Source: Thermoplasmatota archaeon (GTDB lineage: Archaea; Thermoplasmatota; E2; DHVEG-1). Taken from it: 64,000 nucleotides of DNA. The stretch's first letter is position 1. Each line of letters opens with the position of its first letter. Position numbers and translations under genes: made by a program. Location of the stretch: contig JAOZSQ010000002.1 in NCBI GenBank assembly GCA_029939595.1, positions 2,761 to 66,760 of the forward strand, in the 5' to 3' direction. The notes under the pieces were generated by a model. The model was not told the origin of the DNA and ran no database searches. It saw only the letters and a program-made list of their open reading frames with translations. This document shows positions 38,956-49,400 of this stretch, one piece after another.

Positions 38956-40587
38956 ATGAAAAGAAAACAAATTGGAAAATGGGCTATATCATTATTAATC
39001 ATTGGATTAATGATAACAAGTACTCTTGTAATGCCCGCAGAAGAGGCAGAAAATAACGAATTTGCAAAAACATATGAAAAACTTGAAGTAAAAAAGGTTA
39101 CCAATAAGTTTTCATTTGTATCAGATTCATTGGAACTAAATAAAATAACAAAAGCATCATATTTACCAAGAGAAATAAAAAATCAAATTGGTATTGATCT
39201 TCCTATACTGGGTCTTGAAGGAATGGATGTATTAAATCCACATTTAGCAACAGACGGTGGAGGAAATATTTTGTTAGCTGGTGAAGGTTATGAAAGTTCA
39301 TTTAATTCTGATATTTATTTTAGATCATCAATAGATGGTGGACAATCTTGGTTACCCGAAGATGGTACAATCTGGTTTGATCTTGCTAGTGGAGGCATAA
39401 TTCCTGAAAAACCGGTTGTAGATTATTCAGGTGATTTAGGGGCTATTGGATCATTTTTACGATTAAATCCTGAGGGAATTCCCCAGTTTGACTTCGATAG
39501 CATTACTGACCCTGAAGCAGGCGATGGATGGCAACTATTAACATGGAATGATAATGATGAAGTTGATAGCATTGATGTTTGTGGTTGGAATAGTCAGTTT
39601 TCACCTGCTCCAGATTTTTCAAAAGGAATGATAGTATACACAGCAGATGATGATACTACAACCAACGTGATGCATCTTTTATGGTCAGACAGTGAAACAG
39701 GTGGTCAAAGTCTTTGGACTGGAAGTGGAGATGCAGACTATGAATGGGAAAATGTTAAGACTGATAACGATCTAGTAACGGGAATGCATTGGGAAGTATA
39801 TGAAATTTCATCAAATCAAGGAGAATTTGAACCAGGTATTGAGATTGAATGGTGTAGACTTGATGGAACAAATGATTGGTGGCAAAATAATGATTGGTAT
39901 GCAACAGATGTAATTGAAGGGGCAAGTAGTCCAGATATTGATTCAGCAAATGGAAAAATGTATTGTGTCTTTGAGTTAGATGGTGGTATTTACTGTGCAT
40001 ATTCAAATAATGATGGTGGAAATATTGACGTAATGGAGTTATCATCAACTGGAACAAACCCACATGTATCAATAGCAGGAGATAGTGTAATTATTACTTA
40101 TATCGATAATGGCAATCTTATCTCAGCTATCTCTGAAAATTCAGGGTCAAGTTGGGAAGAGAGCACTGTTAATGATGAAAGTGGAACCGTGATGGATGAT
40201 ACTCATAGTTCTCATATTGCAGGAGGTTATATGGCATGGACCTATGAAGGGTCAGAGTATACCTCACTTCTTTTTGATGTGGCGGGTGTTGATGTACCAA
40301 TCATAGAGATTGAAAGTGTATCTGGAGGTTTTGGGGTAAACGCAGTTATTGCAAACACTGGAACAGCAGACGCAACTGATGTTGATTATTCAATAACGGC
40401 AACCGGGGGAATTTTAGGAATGATCAATAAAGAATCTAGTGGAACAATATCGGTTAATGCAGGAGGGTCACAAACAATTTCGTTACCAATGATCATTGGA
40501 GTTGGTGCAGTTACCATTGAACTTATTGTTGGATCTGCTAGTGAAACTATCTCGGGAACACAACTATTTGTCTATACAAATATATAG
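38956..40587 (+). CDS. Secreted Asp-box protein, paralog of 37019-38641
   Basis: RSSIDGGQSW, YSNNDGGN, SENSGSSW; shared ATDG, APAPDF/SPAPDF and C-terminal SGGFG domain. Confidence 0.8.
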   Translation: MKRKQIGKWAISLLIIGLMITSTLVMPAEEAENNEFAKTYEKLEVKKVTNKFSFVSDSLELNKITKASYLPREIKNQIGIDLPILGLEGMDVLNPHLATDGGGNILLAGEGYESSFNSDIYFRSSIDGGQSWLPEDGTIWFDLASGGIIPEKPVVDYSGDLGAIGSFLRLNPEGIPQFDFDSITDPEAGDGWQLLTWNDNDEVDSIDVCGWNSQFSPAPDFSKGMIVYTADDDTTTNVMHLLWSDSETGGQSLWTGSGDADYEWENVKTDNDLVTGMHWEVYEISSNQGEFEPGIEIEWCRLDGTNDWWQNNDWYATDVIEGASSPDIDSANGKMYCVFELDGGIYCAYSNNDGGNIDVMELSSTGTNPHVSIAGDSVIITYIDNGNLISAISENSGSSWEESTVNDESGTVMDDTHSSHIAGGYMAWTYEGSEYTSLLFDVAGVDVPIIEIESVSGGFGVNAVIANTGTADATDVDYSITATGGILGMINKESSGTISVNAGGSQTISLPMIIGVGAVTIELIVGSASETISGTQLFVYTNI

Positions 40588-40783
40588 ACAACCTCTCTTT
40601 TTTCTTTTTTTTATTAATGATTGAAAAAATATTTGTAAATATTTATATATGTTGAAAAAAAATAATATATATTAACATTATTTGTAATAAATTACAAAAT
40701 TTAATAACTAATTTAACATTTGTTCAAAAATATAATCAAAAAATATTTATTGTAGTTCTTATCATAATATATATGGAGATATT

Positions 40784-42202
40784 ATGAAAAAAAAATTGGT
40801 TGTTTGTATAATAATAAGTCTATTTTTAATTAGCTATATTCCTTCGGGTTATGCGTTAATAAATAATCAGAGTATTGATCAGATGGAAAGAGGTCAATAC
40901 AAGTTGGTTGATAAGAACACTTTTTCAAAACAAAATTTAGAACATGGATTAATGAGGCCTGATGGTAACACGTTAAAAGAATGGAAAGAAGATTATTTTA
41001 AGGCAGAAAAAGCATATATTAATCCAAAATTAGCAAATAATATCATTGCAACTTCAAGTTATAGTATTTTAGATCTGTTGAATTATGTACCATCTGAAAG
41101 AAATCAGGGTTGGTGTGGAAATTGTTGGGCGTGGCCTGCTACAAGTGTTGTTGAAATCGCCCTCAATGTTCAAGAAGGGATTTATGAACGTTTATCTGTA
41201 CAATATATAAATTCTTGTGGATCTCAGGTGGGCGTAGGTTGTTGTGATGGAGGAAACCTAGATATTTTCTGCAGGTTTTATCGAAAAACAGATATAACGA
41301 TTCCATGGTCAAATACAAATGCGGATTGGCAAGATAATAGGGCTCAATGTGATACTTCATGCGATAGCATCTCAACAACACCATATTATCCAATATCTTC
41401 AATTTATGCAAGAACAATTGAAACACATGAAATTTCAGAAGAACAAGCAATTTCAAATATAAAAAATATACTTCATCAGCAGAAAGGCGTCTATTTTAGT
41501 TTTATATTGCCCGATGATGAATATCTAACTCATTTCAATGATTTTTGGAGTGATCAAAAAGAGGAAGATGTGTATAATATTGACTGGGCATGTGGTAAAG
41601 AATATATTGAAGATGAAGGTGCAGGTCATGCTGTTTTATGTGTAGGATACAACGATGAAGAGGGTATAGAAAATGATTATTGGATTATGCTGAACAGTTG
41701 GGGTATCACATCTGATAGATCCACAGGATTATTTCGTATGAATATGCATATGGATTATGATTGCACAATTGTTTATCAGAATCATGATTACTATTCATTT
41801 GATTTTGAAACATTAAATGTAACATTTACATCAGATGATGGAGCACCAAACCCTCCTGAAATACAAGGACCTAGCTCAGTTAAAAAAGATGAATCGAATA
41901 CATATCAAATAACAACAATAGATGTTCAAAACGATGAAGTATTTTATAAAATTGATTGGGATGATGGAACGGTAGATGGTTGGATTGGTCCATATTTGTC
42001 AGGTGAAACCATTGAAGTAAATCATTCTTGGGCAAAAAAAGATACTTATGTTATACATGTAAAAGCAAAGGATATCAATGAAGATGAAAGTCTTTGGTCT
42101 ACATTTGAAGTTAGTTTGTCAAAGAGAAAAGACATGGATTTTACATGGATACAATGGTTGTTTCAAAGAATCAATATTCTTTTTCCTTTTATTGTAAAAT
42201 AA
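40784..42202 (+). CDS. Secreted papain-family (C1) cysteine peptidase with PKD domain
   Basis: NQGWCGNCWAW, AGHAVLCVGY, LNSWG; IDWDDG PKD. Confidence 0.92.
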   Translation: MKKKLVVCIIISLFLISYIPSGYALINNQSIDQMERGQYKLVDKNTFSKQNLEHGLMRPDGNTLKEWKEDYFKAEKAYINPKLANNIIATSSYSILDLLNYVPSERNQGWCGNCWAWPATSVVEIALNVQEGIYERLSVQYINSCGSQVGVGCCDGGNLDIFCRFYRKTDITIPWSNTNADWQDNRAQCDTSCDSISTTPYYPISSIYARTIETHEISEEQAISNIKNILHQQKGVYFSFILPDDEYLTHFNDFWSDQKEEDVYNIDWACGKEYIEDEGAGHAVLCVGYNDEEGIENDYWIMLNSWGITSDRSTGLFRMNMHMDYDCTIVYQNHDYYSFDFETLNVTFTSDDGAPNPPEIQGPSSVKKDESNTYQITTIDVQNDEVFYKIDWDDGTVDGWIGPYLSGETIEVNHSWAKKDTYVIHVKAKDINEDESLWSTFEVSLSKRKDMDFTWIQWLFQRINILFPFIVK

Positions 42203-42228
42203 AGGGAAATTCTTCCCTTCTTTTTTTT
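42201..42228 (+). terminator. Hairpin plus T tract
   Basis: AAGGGAA-ATTC-TTCCCTT then CTTTTTTTT at the stop codon. Confidence 0.6.
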
Positions 42229-42341
42229 AAATTCTTATCATTACTATAATAATTTATAATATTAAAGTTTTCTAATTAAATTTATTTTTTAGGGAAATAA
42301 TAAATAATTAAAAATATATTCACATTATAAGTGAAAATGCG

Positions 42342-43232
42342 ATGAACAAAACAAACATATCAATAATTATTCTAATTTTGATTTTACTAGTAACACAATT
42401 TCAAGGTTGTATTACTAATGAACCCACTGATAATATATTTTATGAGAAGAATACATTTTATGTAGATATCGATGGTTCAACAAACTTTAGTTCAATTCAG
42501 AATGCAATTAATGCAGCACCGGCTAATTATACAATCTCTATCTTAAATGGGCATTATAAAGAGAACTTGATAATAAACAAACCATTAACGATAGTGGGTG
42601 AAAACCCTTTAACAACGTTTATTGATGGAAATGACACAGAAGATGTAATAGTTATTAATAATGATAGTGTAACGATCTCAAATTGTAGCATTTTTGGAAG
42701 TGGAAGAACTCAAAATGATGCAGGCATCCATATTAATTCTAAATATGTAATTATTAAAAATAATATAATATATGATAACAAATGTGGAATTTATGCAAGA
42801 ACTGCATCTTATGCTGATATTAATAATAATACTTTCAAATTAAACAATGAATATGGGGTTTATGTATATTCTTCATCAAATACAAAGCTTATTGACAATG
42901 AATTTTATTCAAATGATTGTAGTTTAAGAATCAAAGGATCTCAACATTGTGAAGTAATCCGAAATCGATTTAATGATAGTATGCAGGGGATGTACTTTTG
43001 TTGTGGAGCAAAACAAAATACAGTTTATCACAATACATTTCTAAATCATACTAAATGGAATGCAGATGATCAAGTTGGATCAAATAGTTGGAATAGTATA
43101 AATCTTTCAGAAGGTAATTATTGGGATGATTACTTTGGGGTGGATGAAAATGATGATGGTATTGGTGATAGTGCATACAATGTTACAAATACTGGCAGAA
43201 AAGATTTTTTCCCTTTAATGAATCCAATATAA
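42342..43232 (+). CDS. NosD-type beta-helix lipoprotein
   Basis: Lipobox FQGC; SIQNAINAA, GNYWDDY.G.D.N.DGIGD.AY. Confidence 0.88.
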   Translation: MNKTNISIIILILILLVTQFQGCITNEPTDNIFYEKNTFYVDIDGSTNFSSIQNAINAAPANYTISILNGHYKENLIINKPLTIVGENPLTTFIDGNDTEDVIVINNDSVTISNCSIFGSGRTQNDAGIHINSKYVIIKNNIIYDNKCGIYARTASYADINNNTFKLNNEYGVYVYSSSNTKLIDNEFYSNDCSLRIKGSQHCEVIRNRFNDSMQGMYFCCGAKQNTVYHNTFLNHTKWNADDQVGSNSWNSINLSEGNYWDDYFGVDENDDGIGDSAYNVTNTGRKDFFPLMNPI

Positions 43233-43354
43233 AAATTATTATTTTCATTTATTCTTTTTAAAATATGAATGATGCAATAATATTAATCAACAATTTGTTA
43301 TTGTGAATTGTAAAAATGAAAAAAAGAAGAGAATTAAAATTCCAAATTATCTAT

Positions 43355-43912
43355 TTATAAAAATGTTTGAAATAGATTAAACAGAATTGGAAAACGTTCA
43401 AAAAATATTGTACTTAACTTGTTCTTTGGTACAATTGCAGCACCCAATGCGCTTGTTTCATTATGATATAATGGAACAATATTCCCATAGGCGACATTTA
43501 TTGAAAGAATTAATGATTCACCTCGATTAACTTCTACATCATTCAAATAAAGTGATCCTGATTTTTGTGTAGGAGTCTGTGTAATATTTAAAGATATATT
43601 TTCATTATCAAGAGATAATGCCAAAGTAATTATTCCTTCATCAGTTAAACTTTCACAATTCATGTCATAATCAATATAAAAATCAACAATTTCACTTTTG
43701 GAGCTAATTTTTATAAGAAGATTAGATTCAACAGAAGCATCTAAAACACTTGAGGTTCCATTTCCCCAAATCGAGGCATATCCAAGATATATCTCTTCAT
43801 TATTTGTTTTGTATGTTGTAATAGCGCTGTTTGCATTAATTCCACTGCAAAATATTGAAATCATTAAAAATGCTACAAAACCCGAATATAAATATCGACT
43901 ACTTTTTTTCAT
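43355..43912 (-). CDS. Secreted hypothetical protein with PKNK-amphipathic C-terminal tail
   Basis: Signal peptide from ATG 43912; tail VPKNKLSTIFFERFPILFNLFQTFL. Confidence 0.75.
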   Translation of the reverse strand: MKKSSRYLYSGFVAFLMISIFCSGINANSAITTYKTNNEEIYLGYASIWGNGTSSVLDASVESNLLIKISSKSEIVDFYIDYDMNCESLTDEGIITLALSLDNENISLNITQTPTQKSGSLYLNDVEVNRGESLILSINVAYGNIVPLYHNETSALGAAIVPKNKLSTIFFERFPILFNLFQTFL

Positions 43913-44083
43913 ATCAATTAACCTAATGATATTAATATTATACATCTATTTAAATGTATTTAGATTGTTTAAATAAAGCAAAATTCTTTCTATAATATAA
44001 TTAATCAGATTTTTATGATAAACAATCAAATTAGTAAAATTATATATATTAACAAAATATATTAATTATTAGGTATCTGACAC

Positions 44084-46270
44084 ATGAATAAAATTTATTA
44101 TTTATTTATAATTATAAGTTTATTAATTAATTCATCCATTGCCATTAGCCTTAATCAAGATGAAGATTTAAAAATAATATATAACTTTGATTCTCCTTCA
44201 TTTCAAAAGATACAGATAAATGGAACAATTTATGATGAGATCACAATTCCAAATCTTTCAACGATGGCAGACCCTGGATTACCAAGTTTGCCTATAAAGG
44301 GTGGTTATATTAGTATACCATATAATTCAAATGTTAAAAGTATATCTGCAACATATTCTAACCAGATAAACTTAGGGAAAGGATTTATTATAAAACCAGG
44401 GTCAACACCCGTTCCAATGTCACATCAAGAACAAGCCCAAGCACCAATTGCAAATACTCAAATTTATACATCTGATACTATGTATCCAGGGACATTATAT
44501 TCTGAGATTGGAACTTATAAATGTAAAGGATTTGAAATTCTTGTTCTTACGTTACATCCTATTCAATACATACCTAAAACTGGAGAAATAATTTTTTATT
44601 CCTCTATCGAAATTACTATTGAAGTTTCAGAAAAACAGAATAATTATTTAGAATCACGAGGCTTAGAAGAAGATATAATTCAAATTAATAATATGGTTGA
44701 TAATCCCCAAATATTGAATTCATATCCTCTAAAAACAAAAACAACATCAATGGAATCTTATGATTATCTTATTATTACTACTCAGGAATTAAAAGAAGGA
44801 TTTATCCCATTACAACAGACACAAGAAAAAAGAGGGATTAAAACACAAATAAAAACACTTCGTGATATTACTTTAACTCCGAATTATATAACACCAGAAG
44901 ATATCAGAGAATATATAAAACAGCAATATCAACATAATGGAATTGAGTATGTATTAATTGGTGGTGATGCAGATATTGTACCTGCAAAAATGCTTTATGT
45001 CTATGGACTTGATGAGGAGAAATGGCCATATGAAACATTTTTACCTTCGGACTTGTATTATTCTTGTTTAGATGGAACCTATAATAATGATGGGGATGAT
45101 CGTTGGGGTGAACCAACAGATGGAGAAAATGGAAATGATGTTGATCTTTTCGCTGAGGTATATGTAGGTAGAGCAAGTGTTGGGGATTTAATTGAAGTAG
45201 GATATTTTGTAAATAAAACTATCTCTTATTTATCCACCTCTAATTCTAATGAGTATATCAATACATTTCTTATGGCAGGGGAATATCTTGGTAGCCATGG
45301 TGTTGCTAGTTGGGGTGGAAATTATCTAGATCTTCTTATTGATGAGGCATCTGAAGATGGTTATATAACATCCGGCATTCCTTCTGAAAAATTTCAAATT
45401 AATAAATTATACGATCGTGAAAATGAATGGACTGCAAATGATATGATCAATGCAATAAACGATGGTGTTCATGTAATAAATCATGATGGACATTCTAATT
45501 ATGGGTATAATATGAAGATGGTAAATGGTCATGTTTATTCATTAACAAATGATGAGTATTGTTTTGCTTATTCAGTTGGATGTATGGCAGGTGGCTTTGA
45601 TGATCCTCAAGGGTCTGACTGTTTTGCTGAATATCTTACTGTAAAAACTGATCATGGAGCATTTGCAGCTATCATGAATGCAAGGTATGGTTGGTTTTGG
45701 TCTCATAGTACTGATGGTGATGGAACAAGATTTGCACGTGAATTTTGGGATAGTGTTTTTGGTGAAAAAACACCTGTGATAAGTAAAGCAAATCAAGATT
45801 CAAAAGAAGATAACCTGTATCTCATAGGTCGTTCTTGTATGAGGTGGACATATTATGAATTAAATCTCTTTGGAGATCCAACTATTTCACTTCGTGTAAG
45901 TGAACCCCCAAATACACCAGATATGCCAAATGGACCTCAAACTGGAAAAATAAAAATAAATTACGAATATGCAACAACTTCAATTGATTCTGAAGGGGAT
46001 GATATATATTATCTCTTTAATTGGGGAGATGGAACGTATTCTGAATGGCTTGGCCCTTATTCTTCAGGGGAAGAAATCAAAGAAGAACATCAATGGCTTG
46101 AACATGGCGATTATCAAATACAAGTGAAAGCAAAGGATGAACATGGTGCAGAAAGTGAATGGTCAGATTATCTTATACTAAACATTCCAAAAAATAAAAA
46201 CATTCAATTTCCGTTTCTTGAATGGATTATAGAACAAATTTATTTTCTTAAAATGTTTTTTCTTAATTAG
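44084..46270 (+). CDS. C25 (gingipain-family) peptidase with propeptide and PKD domain
   Basis: PGLPSLP propeptide, YVLIGGD, PSDLYYSCLDG, VGRAS, HDGHS, VGCMAG, LFGDP. Confidence 0.93.
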   Translation: MNKIYYLFIIISLLINSSIAISLNQDEDLKIIYNFDSPSFQKIQINGTIYDEITIPNLSTMADPGLPSLPIKGGYISIPYNSNVKSISATYSNQINLGKGFIIKPGSTPVPMSHQEQAQAPIANTQIYTSDTMYPGTLYSEIGTYKCKGFEILVLTLHPIQYIPKTGEIIFYSSIEITIEVSEKQNNYLESRGLEEDIIQINNMVDNPQILNSYPLKTKTTSMESYDYLIITTQELKEGFIPLQQTQEKRGIKTQIKTLRDITLTPNYITPEDIREYIKQQYQHNGIEYVLIGGDADIVPAKMLYVYGLDEEKWPYETFLPSDLYYSCLDGTYNNDGDDRWGEPTDGENGNDVDLFAEVYVGRASVGDLIEVGYFVNKTISYLSTSNSNEYINTFLMAGEYLGSHGVASWGGNYLDLLIDEASEDGYITSGIPSEKFQINKLYDRENEWTANDMINAINDGVHVINHDGHSNYGYNMKMVNGHVYSLTNDEYCFAYSVGCMAGGFDDPQGSDCFAEYLTVKTDHGAFAAIMNARYGWFWSHSTDGDGTRFAREFWDSVFGEKTPVISKANQDSKEDNLYLIGRSCMRWTYYELNLFGDPTISLRVSEPPNTPDMPNGPQTGKIKINYEYATTSIDSEGDDIYYLFNWGDGTYSEWLGPYSSGEEIKEEHQWLEHGDYQIQVKAKDEHGAESEWSDYLILNIPKNKNIQFPFLEWIIEQIYFLKMFFLN

Positions 46271-46427
46271 CGACAGTGGATTTTGATTGATCTTATAAGA
46301 TTAATGAAATTGAAATTATATTATAGATGAGAAAATTTTCTATTTCTACTTATTTCAAAAGATATTGAATGGCGATTTCTTAAAAGTATTAATGAAAATT
46401 AAAAAAGAAAAAAAAGGAGGGGATGGT

Positions 46428-49400
46428 TTAGGATAATATTGGTACCGGTTCAACCCATGTTGGATTATAGACTTGAAGTGTTGGATCACCAAAAATTACA
46501 TTGTTGCTACTGATTCCATCGGCAAAAAATGATGCACTACCATATACTGATGATGGATCACCAGTTGTAAAATCTCTATTGACAATCCAGTGGGATTGTG
46601 AGAAAGCTTCACCAAGTGTGTATCCTTTGATTAATACATCTCGAAGAATCCATGTTTTATATAAATCATCAACAAGTGTATATCCAGAGCCTAAACATCC
46701 TGCATAAAGAGCAGTTCCATGAGATAGATATACAATTGGGCCAAAATGAGATGTAGTTGTACAGGAGCTCCAAATATCTATTTCACTATGTAGATTTTCA
46801 AATAATTGATCAACCCATTTAAAATGAATCAGATCATAAAGGCTTGGTTCTTCTGCATTATAAATTGACATTGATTGATCTCGGATTGTTTTTGTCTGAC
46901 GTTCATCATAACCTGAATAACCTGCCCATGAATCCCACCATTCAAAGTCATATAATGACTCATGGTATGGTTCTGCAAGCGGAAATTGTTCTTTCATATT
47001 TTTGTATTGTGAAGATATTCCTGATCCACCTGTGCCATGACCTGAATAAATTGAGATTAATGCACCCTTGTTATATCGTTCTAAAAAGTTTTCCCACATA
47101 CAATGACCTTCATAAAACCGGTTAAATGATGAAAATGAATTTTTATTGTCTCGTGGTGCATAAGTTGTATATCTTACACCATCATTGCCAGTATGGTCAT
47201 ATTGCCCTGTAAAATAGTTCATATGTTGCGATGTTGTAACATCTTTTCCAGGGTTGGCATAAATAAGTGCTGGATAGAGGATATTACGAACAATTATTGC
47301 AGATGAAAAAGCAGTTGTTTCGACAGGAATTAAACCAGCATATGAGTTATTTCCAGTCATCGCTCTTCCAATTGAATCGCGGATGTCAGTGTCCCTTGGT
47401 GAAACAAAAATGTAGATCTCCTGTCCTTCATTATCAAGACCATACTCGTCAATAAGAGAATGTAAATCATCATATACTGTTGTTAACCATTGCATTTTTA
47501 GATCAAGTCCAAATGGTGGAAGTGTTTGATCATTTGTAAAAAAGTATATGATTAAATCCAACAATGAAGGAGGATTTGTCATTCCTATTGGTTCATCCAT
47601 CATTGGAAGATGACCTAGTGATCGAGTTCCATGGTAGTAATCTCCAGTGAATTCTCGATAGGTTTGATACATATCAATTGTATTGTAGGCATCTTTTGCC
47701 TCTGCAATATTAATAACTGGACTTCCATGGAATGCAGCAATCATGCCAGATGGGCCAAAATATCCATCTCCAGTTGCAAAAGATGTAACCGTAATGACGT
47801 TTTCGGAATTTGAATCTGTTTTTATCGCCGTTATTACATCCTGTAATGTTGAATATTTTGTTACTGTTCCACTAGGGGATGCTGCGCTAACGTCATCAAT
47901 ATTTACAAAGATTATATTTGATATTCCTAATTCAGTTAAAGTATTTGATGTTTCAGATGGAACCTCATTTTCATTTACATAAAGGAGTGGTACATGTTTT
48001 TGAGAGGCAAGTACTGCTGCATTTGCTGCTGACAAGCCTGCTGCAACACGATTTGGATTATGTTCTCTTATTGTAGCTTGAATGTGATATGATCCATCAA
48101 ATGATGCATCCCATGTATCAAGATTTAAATAAGGTACCACTAGTGCAGTCCATGTTCCCTGCATTGGATTATGGATTTCAACTGAGAATTCAGTGTGAGG
48201 GTCAATTATCATATGTCGATATTCGTCTTCATCATGTTCCCAATGTCCACCGTTCCATTGATGTATTGGTTTAATTTCTCCCCCATTCCAATGAGGATAT
48301 TGTGGTCGTCTAACATTTCCTTCTGGATCAATAAGATATGCAATTAAATCTGATTCAGACTGGGTTGAAAGCGTTACCTTTAAACTGCTATCAGATGGTC
48401 CAACATCAATTGTATGGCGATTTCCTGAATATTTCATTACCGTTAGTGCTTCTAACCCCTCTATATCTGTAACATGTGGAACCCAGATACCAGGTTTTGT
48501 TATTGGGAAAAACGTGTCTTTATCTGCACCATTTGAACCACTATCATGAGGCCACCAATCTGCCATAAATGCTTCATATCTTGGTGTTAATACCATTGTG
48601 TCTCCTGCGAATTCATCTCCTTCTGCTTGGAGATATATTGCAGCCCATTTTGATCCAATATACATTGTTTTTGAGTAAAAATCAGAAGAAAACTCTGTTA
48701 AATCACCAGGTAGAAATCTATCGGTTTCCTTTTCACATGATAAAGATACATCTTGATCGATTACAATATTGATTATGTCCTCAAAGTTACTACCATCAAT
48801 TGCAAGTACTGCTGTATCGACTGTCTCCCAATGTTGGGTTGCAATATCTGCGGCTGCTTGAATTGGATCTAATGGAATTAGATATTCTTGTGGTGTCAAA
48901 TCATGACGGTCAAGATAAGTATTCCAGTCATCAAGTAAATATTGGGTGGTATCATCAATGGATGTGAACCAATTTGGAATTATATCGTTACCTTGATAGA
49001 CAATTGGAGAAACATATCGTTTTCCATTTTCAATATAATTGGCAGCTGGAATTGCTGCTAAATACCCATATTCATCTTTTGTACTTTCTTGATCATCATT
49101 AATTATGAATGTTTGTGCTATTGGAATGATTTCATTTTGTAAGGGTTTCAACGATGGCGGCGCTTCTGCTTCACCTCCAAGAGATAATTCAAGTTCATAT
49201 ACCCCGGAACCATACAAGTAATAATTATCAGGCCACTTACTTTCATCCCAACCTGGGAAGATATCAATTTGAATTTTCCATGTTCCCGTGATGTCTGCAG
49301 GATATTCTAATATATCTTCACCATAGAATTGTGCTGAATGTACATGTTCTCCATTTGGATTATATAGATGAATATCAAAATCCGATTCTTCTTCGGGTTT

